From contig OZ250150.1 of NCBI GenBank assembly GCA_965237675.1, positions 2,496,001 to 2,560,000 on the forward strand: DNA of 64,000 nt. Direction: 5' to 3'. The DNA is from Candidatus Latescibacterota bacterium. GTDB lineage: Bacteria; Latescibacterota; UBA2968; GCA-2709665. The translations under genes and the position numbers were made by a program. The notes beneath the pieces were generated by a model, which searched no databases, had not been told where the DNA came from, and saw only the letters and a program-made list of their open reading frames with translations. This document shows, piece by piece, positions 57,103-64,000 of the stretch (position 1 is its first letter; each line of letters begins with the position of its first letter).

Positions 57103-58698
57103 ATGCGGAATTTCCTTCTGTTCGCCTTATCGACCGGCTCGATGCTTGCGCTGGTGACAATGGCTGCCCGGAAATCGGGCAGTCCAGCGGCGCAGGGGAG
57201 CCAGACCTCTGAGACGGGCGGAATCACCACGACCGCGCCGGCGATGATGACGGGCCGGAACGGATGGCGCGTGGAGCCGTTGTTTACGGTGGGGGAAGAG
57301 GTCGACGGGTACCGTCCGCCAGGCATTCTGGATGGGATCGGCGCCATGGAAATCCGGCCGGGCGTGGTCCGCATCCTGGTCAACCATGAATTGGATGCTG
57401 AGGACGGGTACGCGTACAGCCTCGGTAACCGTACGGAACTGACCGGCGCGCGGGTGAGCTATTTCGATCTGGATGCCAACACCAGGAAACTCCTGGATGC
57501 GGGTCTGGCCTACGACAGGGCGGTGGACAAAGCCGGCCGCGAGGTCACGGACCCGTCGCAGATCCACGAGGGGAACATTGAGGGTAGCGAGAAGGACGGT
57601 TTCGATCGCTTCTGTTCCAGCAACCTTTTCACCGCGGGAGAGTATGGCCTTGCGGACGACGTTTATTTCTGTGGCGAAGAGGTCACCGACGGGCTGGCGC
57701 ATGCGCTGGATATCCGCCGCCGCGCCATTTACGCATTGCCGTGGCTGGGGCGCGGCACGTGGGAGAACGTGACCCTGTTGGACACGGGCGACAGCGACAA
57801 AGTGGCCGTTCTGCTGGGAGACGACCGGCGGGGCGCGCCGCTGTACCTCTACGTGGGACGGAAAGGGACGGGCGGCTTCCTCGAGCGCAACGGCCTGACA
57901 GGCGGCGATATGTTCGTCTGGGTCGCGAACAACGGCGACAGGACACCGGAGGATTGGAACGGGACGAAAACGAGCCGCGCCGGGAGGTTGGTCAGGATCA
58001 ATATTCATTCACCGGATCGGGCGGGCAGGGCCGGGTACGACGAACTGGGCTTTGCGACACAGGCGAAACAGGATGAATTGGTCGGCGCGGTGGGCGGGTT
58101 CCGCTTCTCGCGCCCGGAGGACGTGGCGACGAACCCGGAGCGCGGTACGCAGGCCGTGATGGCCTCGACGGGGCACGGAAGTGCATACCCCTCGGACGAC
58201 TGGGGAGCGACCTATGTCATCGACGCGGACATCGGCGCGATGACCGCGTCGATCCGAATCCTCTACGATGGCGACGATGCCGGCGACGGGCAATTCACGC
58301 ATCCGGACATGGGCCTGCGCAACCCGGACAACCTGGACTGGGCGGACAACGGGATGATCTACGTTCAGGAGGACCGGTCCACCCGGAAGGCGACCTTCGG
58401 CAAAAAAAGCGGCATCGAGGCGTCCGTATGGGAAGTGAACCCCGCCACCGGAAAGCTGACACGGATTGCCGTGATCGACCGCTCCGCGCTGCCTCCCGGA
58501 CAGACGGATTCGGACCCCACCGACCTCGGCGACTGGGAATCGTCGGGCGTTCTGGACGTGACCAGCCTTTTCACCACCGCACCCGGCGAGGTGCTCCTGT
58601 TTGGCAACGTCCAGGCCCACAGCGTCCGGGATGGAGACATAAATAAACACGACCTCGTCCAGGGCGGACAGATCGTGTTCTTCTCGAAGACGCGGTGA
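57103..58698 (+). CDS. PhoX/DUF839-like alkaline phosphatase, exported
   Basis: RBS AAGGAG; LDGIGA, LVNHE, RFCS, WEN, RPED, NPDN, VQED, WESSG and VQAH. Confidence 0.8.
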   Translation: MRNFLLFALSTGSMLALVTMAARKSGSPAAQGSQTSETGGITTTAPAMMTGRNGWRVEPLFTVGEEVDGYRPPGILDGIGAMEIRPGVVRILVNHELDAEDGYAYSLGNRTELTGARVSYFDLDANTRKLLDAGLAYDRAVDKAGREVTDPSQIHEGNIEGSEKDGFDRFCSSNLFTAGEYGLADDVYFCGEEVTDGLAHALDIRRRAIYALPWLGRGTWENVTLLDTGDSDKVAVLLGDDRRGAPLYLYVGRKGTGGFLERNGLTGGDMFVWVANNGDRTPEDWNGTKTSRAGRLVRINIHSPDRAGRAGYDELGFATQAKQDELVGAVGGFRFSRPEDVATNPERGTQAVMASTGHGSAYPSDDWGATYVIDADIGAMTASIRILYDGDDAGDGQFTHPDMGLRNPDNLDWADNGMIYVQEDRSTRKATFGKKSGIEASVWEVNPATGKLTRIAVIDRSALPPGQTDSDPTDLGDWESSGVLDVTSLFTTAPGEVLLFGNVQAHSVRDGDINKHDLVQGGQIVFFSKTR

Positions 58699-58784
58699 GC
58701 ATCGTGTAGGAAGTGATCAGTATTAATTGGTGGTCGGCGGCATCTGCCCCGCGACCATAGCTCTGAGTCACTCCCCAACGTCTT

Positions 58785-58809
58785 GTAGGGGCGTCCCTTG
58801 TGGGCGCCC
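58785..58809 (+). repeat. GTAG-type REP element
   Basis: GTAGGGGCGTCCCTTGTGGGCGCCC. Confidence 0.8.
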
Positions 58810-59164
58810 TGCCTCAGATCGGGCTTCCGTAGCGTTCTGCGTCGTGGCGGCATTGGTTTTCAAAATGGGGACGCTGGTATCTTGCTCGCACAGGCTGGCA
58901 TCAGATTTTCAAGGAAGCAATGTTAGTCGTAGCAAGGCAACGCTATGTCAACAACGAGAAAGAAGGGGAAGCACAAGAGAGGCCGTCCAGATGTCAAACC
59001 GTCGTCTGAAGCAGTCGACGAACTACCGGAAAACGTAAAGCGGGCGCCATTGAGCCCACGGCAAAGAGTACCGGGCGAGTGGAAGTATCTCGATCGGAGC
59101 CGGTGAGGGGTAACTGATCCTTGCGTTATTTGGACTCACACTACTACCGTGAGCAGGTATAGAT

Positions 59165-62100
59165 ATGTCAGGCCGTTTATTTACGGATTATTTCCTCACG
59201 GATGGCATCAAGGACACCGACGAATGGAAATCCTCGGTTGAGGATGTGGAGGCGTTTACCACATTTAGAGACAGCTTAGGCCAGCGTTACGCGGCCCTCT
59301 GTCGTTCCGGGGATCCAAACGAGGCGGTAACCGAGCAGGAGCTGATCCGACCGGTTCTGGAGTTGCTGGGGTGGACGCACTATCTGCCCCAGCAGGGCAC
59401 GGCTCGCAACGAGGATATTCCCGACCATCTGCTTTTCGCCGATGCCGACTCCAAGCAGCGCGCCTCCGCGGAACGCAACGCGGTTGACCGCTTCCGGAAC
59501 GCTGCCGTAGTGCAGGAGAGCAAGCGCTTCGGGCTGTCCCTGGACGACCGTAACAAGGACGATAGATCCCAGTCGAGGACGCCGCATGGCCAGATTCGCA
59601 GGTACCTCTCGACGGCCGATATCGAGTCGGAGGGCCGAATTCGCTGGGGAATGCTGACTAATGGCAGAGTTTGGCGTCTCTACGATCAACGTGCCCGGCC
59701 CCGAGCGACCGGTTACTTTGAAGCCGATCTCGAAGATCATCTAAAGCCTGAACGAGAAGACCACTTACGGGTTTTTTATCTCTTGTTTCTCCGTGAGTCA
59801 TTTGTACTTCATAAGGGTGCCACGGCGACGTTTCTTGAATCGGCGCTTGACGAAGGGCGTCGCTACGAGGAAGAGGTCGCGCAGGACATTTCCGGGGTTG
59901 TATTCGATCGTGTGTTTCCCGATCTGGTTGAGGCGCTGGCCAAAAAGTCTGGCGAAACTCTCCCAGAATGCCGGGAGGCAGCGCTGATTCTTCTCTATCG
60001 CTTGTTCTTCGTGCTCTACGCGGAGGACAGGGGCCTTCTGCCCGTCCACGATTCGCGTTACGACGACTATGGCCTGCGTAAGCGGGTGCGCGACGATATC
60101 GCTGGCAGGATGGCTGATGAAGACACCTTCTCCTCCATTGTTACCAACTACTACGGTCGGCTTGTCGATCTCTTTCAAGTGATCGATAAAGGCGATCCGT
60201 CTATCGGACTTCCGGCCTACAATGGGGGACTGTTTGCGCCAGAAGCCGCTCCAATACTAGAACGGATCCGACTAGCGGACGCGGACATCGCTCCTATCGT
60301 CTATGACCTCAGTCACACGGGTAATCGGCGGGACGAGCGCCGATTTGTCAATTACCGTGATATGTCCGTGCAGCAACTCGGCTCAATCTACGAGCGGCTC
60401 CTAGAACACCAGCCTGTATGGGACGACAACGGCAAGATCGTGACCCGACCCAATCCATATGCGCGCAAGGACAGCGGCAGGTTTTATACGCCGCAGGAAC
60501 TGGTGGATCTAATCGTGGACCGCACTCTAAAACCGCTGGCTGAGGAGCGACTCAAAGCCTTCGAAGACAAGGCCGCCGCGCTCAAGAGCGACCCCAGGCC
60601 AAAGTTCGAACGACGGGCTGAACTTGAGCGGCTCGATCCGGCCGAAGCGGTGCTTGAATTAAAGGTCCTGGACCCGGCCATGGGAAGCGGCCATTTCCTG
60701 GTTACCGCATTGGACTTCCTGTCCGACTGCATCGCTGAATTGATCGAATACGTCCCTGTTGTACCCGAGTGGCTGAATGGCGCCTATGAGTCACCCCTGG
60801 TCAAACGCGTGGAGTCGATTCGCGGCGAAATCATACGTCGAGCTGAAGAATTGAGATGGGTGTTGGACGAGGAGCAACTTAATGACCAGTCCATCATTCG
60901 GCGAATGGTGCTAAAACGGTGCATCTACGGGGTGGACAAGAATCCCTTGACCGTGGAGTTGGCAAAAGTGTCGCTTTGGCTGCACAGCTTTACAGTGGGA
61001 GCACCTTTGTCCTTCCTCGACCATCATCTTCGCTGTGGCGACTCATTGCTCGGCCTGAAGGTGTTCCAAGGACGTAAGGATCTGGAAACATTGGGTGGGG
61101 GCCTTTTTGCCGGTTCCGCCATCGCGGGAGCCGAGACCGCTACGACTGGAATGCGGCGCATCGAAAGGATGTCCGACGCGGACGTGGCCGAAGTGCGGGA
61201 GTCAGCGACGTTGTTCCACGTGGTGGAGGGTACAACCGCGGACCTACGCGGTTTGCTCGACTTCCTTTGCGCCCACCGATGGTTGACCGGAGGAATGAAG
61301 AAGAAGGAAAGGAATGCTTTCGTGGCGCCGTTGGTGATGACTCTCGGCGTGTATCAAAAGAACGCGTACAAGCTGCTAGCCCGTGGGCCGAAATATGCGG
61401 TGGACGGTTCCCCCAAGCCCGGCGATGCCGACTGGACGGCGTTTCGCGAGCAGTGGCGGGATGCACGAGCCGTCGCCGATCAGGAAGGCTTCCTCCACTG
61501 GGAGTTAGCCTTTCCGGGGGTTTGGCACGATTGGCAAAAAACCCGCCCGCAAGGCGGTTTCGACGCCGTGATCGGCAATCCGCCGTGGGACCGCATCAAG
61601 CTGCAGGAGGTGGAGTGGTTTGCAACGCGCGACCCCGAACTCGCTCACGCGCCGACGGCAGCCGCCCGGCGGACGGGCATCCAGCGATTGCGGGACCATG
61701 GATCGCTATTTACGGCCGAGTTCGACGCCGCCAGGACGCGGTCGGAAAGCCTTGCCCGGATGGTTCGATCCTATGGCGATTACCCGTTACTGGGCGGCGG
61801 CGACGTCAATCTGTATTCGGTTTTCGTCGAACGGGCTATGAGCCTTATCAAGCCTGACGGTATAATCGGCCTGCTGACGCCGTCAGGCATTTATGGCGAC
61901 AAGACTGCAGCCCGCTTTTTCAAGTCGGTGTCCACGAGCGGACGGGTAGGTGGCCTGTTTGATTTTGAGAACAAGAAAATTTTCTTCAAGGACGTTCACG
62001 CTTCGTTTAAGTTCTGCGCACTCATTCTTGGCGGACAGGAACGGAAGTTCGACCAGGCCGATTGCGCCTTTTTCCTGCACGACACGGAAACGATCCAGGA

Positions 62101-63196
62101 TGAGGACCGCTGCTTTCCATTGACGCCCGCGGACTTCGCCCGAGTGAACCCGAATACGGGCACTGCTCCCGTGTTCCGCAGCCGAAGAGACGCCGAGATC
62201 ACCCGCCGCATCTACAAGCGGCACCCAGTGCTGGTGGACCGCTCCATGGGTGACGAGTCACGCGCTTGGCCGGTTAAGTACGTTCGCATGTTTGACATGA
62301 CTAACGACTCGCACTTGTTCAACACCGGTGAGCAGCTCAAAGCCGACGGCTTTTACCCTGTGCAGGGCAATCGTTGGATGAAGGGTAAGGAGTTGTATTT
62401 GCCCTTGTACCAGGGCCGAATGATCCATCAGTTTGACCATCGGGCTAACTCTGTTCGAATCAACCCAGAAAGTACACACAACCCCTATCTCAGTGAGGAA
62501 GTGACCGAAGCAGAGCACGCAGATCCAAAATTCTCTCCACAAGCCCAGTATTGGGTGCCGGCCTCTATAGTGGAAAAGACTCTGTCCCAGAATCAAGGGA
62601 ACGGGTTGGGATTCAGGGATATCGCCCGTTCCACTGATGTGAGAACCGTAATTGCTACCGTTGTACCGTGGGCTGGTTATGGCAATAAGGTTCCGCTACT
62701 CATCAGCGAGGATGCTGTGTGTGCCACATGTCTTGTGGCGAACCTTAATGCTTTTTCCTTGGACTTCGTCGCACGGCAAAAGATCCAAGGTACGAGCTTA
62801 AATCTCTACATCCTTGAGCAACTCCCCGTCATCGCGTCTGCAGCCTACGACCGCAATTTCGGTTCTATCACTGCCCGTGACCTCGCCCAGGATCACGTCC
62901 TTCGCCTTACCTACACAGCCCACGACATGGCACCCTTCGCCCGTGACCTCGGCTATGAAGTTCCGCCTTTTGTCTGGAATGAAGAGGAACGCCGTCACCT
63001 TCGCGCACGGCTCGACGCGCTCTACTTCCACCTATACGGGCTGTCGCGCGACGACGCTGGGTACATACTTGACACCTTTCCAATTGTTCGCCGAGAAGAC
63101 AATAAAGCCTTCGGCCGCTACCGCACCCGCGAGATGATTTTAGCCTACATGAACGCCCTCGATGCCGGAGATACGGAGACGGTGATGGATGTCTAA
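59165..63196 (+). CDS. Type IIG (Eco57I-like) restriction-modification enzyme
   Basis: IPDHLLF...QESK nuclease, LTNGRVWRLY, RKDSGRFYTP, DPAMGSGHFL and GFDAVIGNPPW. Confidence 0.9.
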   Translation: MSGRLFTDYFLTDGIKDTDEWKSSVEDVEAFTTFRDSLGQRYAALCRSGDPNEAVTEQELIRPVLELLGWTHYLPQQGTARNEDIPDHLLFADADSKQRASAERNAVDRFRNAAVVQESKRFGLSLDDRNKDDRSQSRTPHGQIRRYLSTADIESEGRIRWGMLTNGRVWRLYDQRARPRATGYFEADLEDHLKPEREDHLRVFYLLFLRESFVLHKGATATFLESALDEGRRYEEEVAQDISGVVFDRVFPDLVEALAKKSGETLPECREAALILLYRLFFVLYAEDRGLLPVHDSRYDDYGLRKRVRDDIAGRMADEDTFSSIVTNYYGRLVDLFQVIDKGDPSIGLPAYNGGLFAPEAAPILERIRLADADIAPIVYDLSHTGNRRDERRFVNYRDMSVQQLGSIYERLLEHQPVWDDNGKIVTRPNPYARKDSGRFYTPQELVDLIVDRTLKPLAEERLKAFEDKAAALKSDPRPKFERRAELERLDPAEAVLELKVLDPAMGSGHFLVTALDFLSDCIAELIEYVPVVPEWLNGAYESPLVKRVESIRGEIIRRAEELRWVLDEEQLNDQSIIRRMVLKRCIYGVDKNPLTVELAKVSLWLHSFTVGAPLSFLDHHLRCGDSLLGLKVFQGRKDLETLGGGLFAGSAIAGAETATTGMRRIERMSDADVAEVRESATLFHVVEGTTADLRGLLDFLCAHRWLTGGMKKKERNAFVAPLVMTLGVYQKNAYKLLARGPKYAVDGSPKPGDADWTAFREQWRDARAVADQEGFLHWELAFPGVWHDWQKTRPQGGFDAVIGNPPWDRIKLQEVEWFATRDPELAHAPTAAARRTGIQRLRDHGSLFTAEFDAARTRSESLARMVRSYGDYPLLGGGDVNLYSVFVERAMSLIKPDGIIGLLTPSGIYGDKTAARFFKSVSTSGRVGGLFDFENKKIFFKDVHASFKFCALILGGQERKFDQADCAFFLHDTETIQDEDRCFPLTPADFARVNPNTGTAPVFRSRRDAEITRRIYKRHPVLVDRSMGDESRAWPVKYVRMFDMTNDSHLFNTGEQLKADGFYPVQGNRWMKGKELYLPLYQGRMIHQFDHRANSVRINPESTHNPYLSEEVTEAEHADPKFSPQAQYWVPASIVEKTLSQNQGNGLGFRDIARSTDVRTVIATVVPWAGYGNKVPLLISEDAVCATCLVANLNAFSLDFVARQKIQGTSLNLYILEQLPVIASAAYDRNFGSITARDLAQDHVLRLTYTAHDMAPFARDLGYEVPPFVWNEEERRHLRARLDALYFHLYGLSRDDAGYILDTFPIVRREDNKAFGRYRTREMILAYMNALDAGDTETVMDV

Positions 63197-63286
63197 GCGA
63201 TATATGCCGCCATCGTTTGCAGGCAAGGATAACTTTCAATTTGCAAAGAAGTTAGATATAGTATAGGTTGGTCAGGGGGGAATATC

Positions 63287-63484
63287 ATGGACGAAAAAAG
63301 TGAGACAGAACCCGTCCCGGATGACTACCTGAAGATGTTGAAAAAGGTCAAAGAGCAATATCAGCAATACGTGGAAGTCAGCGAGCTGTATGAGTTGCCG
63401 GTCCAACCGGAGGAAGAACCGGTACAATATCAGCCTCCCAGCCCTGAATATCCTCTCACGACGAATAAAATATGCATCGGCTAA
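63287..63484 (+). CDS. Small acidic hypothetical protein
   Basis: GGGGG RBS; 65 aa helical then Pro-rich ORF directly behind the R-M gene. Confidence 0.55.
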   Translation: MDEKSETEPVPDDYLKMLKKVKEQYQQYVEVSELYELPVQPEEEPVQYQPPSPEYPLTTNKICIG

Positions 63485-64000
63485 CCGGATCGAACATGCC
63501 TTCATCCAGCAATTTTGCATAGACGTGACGAGGTGCAGCATCCGCAAATCGTTCGCTGTTGAGGACGTCCAGGATCTGTGTGCGTTCCTGCTTCTCCAAT
63601 GCACGTGACGGCGTCGGTCGCTGCTTGGACAGGTTTTGTTCCGGTTTTTGCCGTGTCTCTCGGTGGCGGTAAACACTGGATCGAGGCACGCCCAACACCT
63701 GACAGGCACGGTCGACGTCTATGGCCAAAACCCCAGCTGTCTGTCTCATTTGCCGTCGGCCTTCTCGGTCACATCGTTGCCCAGCCCAAGCAACACCGAA
63801 AGTTTTTTTTGGACGTCGATGATGACTTCGGCCTGCTCCAGCTTTTTGGCAAGCCGCTCATTCTCAACGCGCAACCGGGCAAGCTCTTTTTCTGACGGAT
63901 CCGCCCCAGGACGGCCACGCTTCTTCGTTCCCAATTCCCCGGCTTCCCGCTGCCGTCGCCATTGGGTCAGACTGGAAGAATACAACCCTTCCCTGCGCAA
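63456..64000 (-). mobile_element. IS3-family transposase remnant (orfA 3' part plus truncated orfB)
   Basis: orfA has RREGLYSS...WRRQ and IIDVQKK; an A8 slippery run lies at 63803-63810; orfB has RACQVLGVPRSSVY and ERFADAAP..VYAKLLDEG, then stops before the DDE core. Confidence 0.88.

Overview
Bacterial genomic window from a diderm (it encodes Omp85 barrels); no rRNA, tRNA or CRISPR array was seen. GC-rich core blocks (about 8.6-32.3 kb and 43.2-58.7 kb) alternate with three visibly less GC-rich accessory blocks (judged by eye). (1) 1-8.2 kb is a defence island: a DUF262/GmrSD-like protein cut by the window edge, an HsdR_N nuclease fused to a SeqA-like domain, a helicase-less Type ISP/IIG R-M enzyme, a HEPN-like protein and a broken BrnT-like TA pair. 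(2) 32.4-43 kb holds three Omp85-barrel enzymes (two patatin PlpD-like paralogues and one kinase-like), a DUF4956 protein and an SdiA-regulated propeller. (3) 58.8-64 kb holds an Eco57I-like Type IIG enzyme and IS debris. Core blocks carry bioDA, pgi, glcB, a three-subunit molybdenum hydroxylase, Gfo/Idh/MocA oxidoreductases, a heparinase II/III-like protein, a TPP-riboswitch-controlled thi operon, a sulfatase, pncC/cinA, infA and a PhoX-like protein. The standout is 8667-15491: four co-oriented genes (fatty acyl-CoA reductase, a divergent acyltransferase, a eukaryote-like alkyl-DHAP synthase and a DHRS7B/PexRAP-like SDR) that match, step for step, the peroxisomal route to alkyl-ether lipids. 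Three intergenic hubs of degenerate 7-mer repeats are also notable; two of them also carry REP palindromes. All family calls come from motif recognition by eye; no database search was run.
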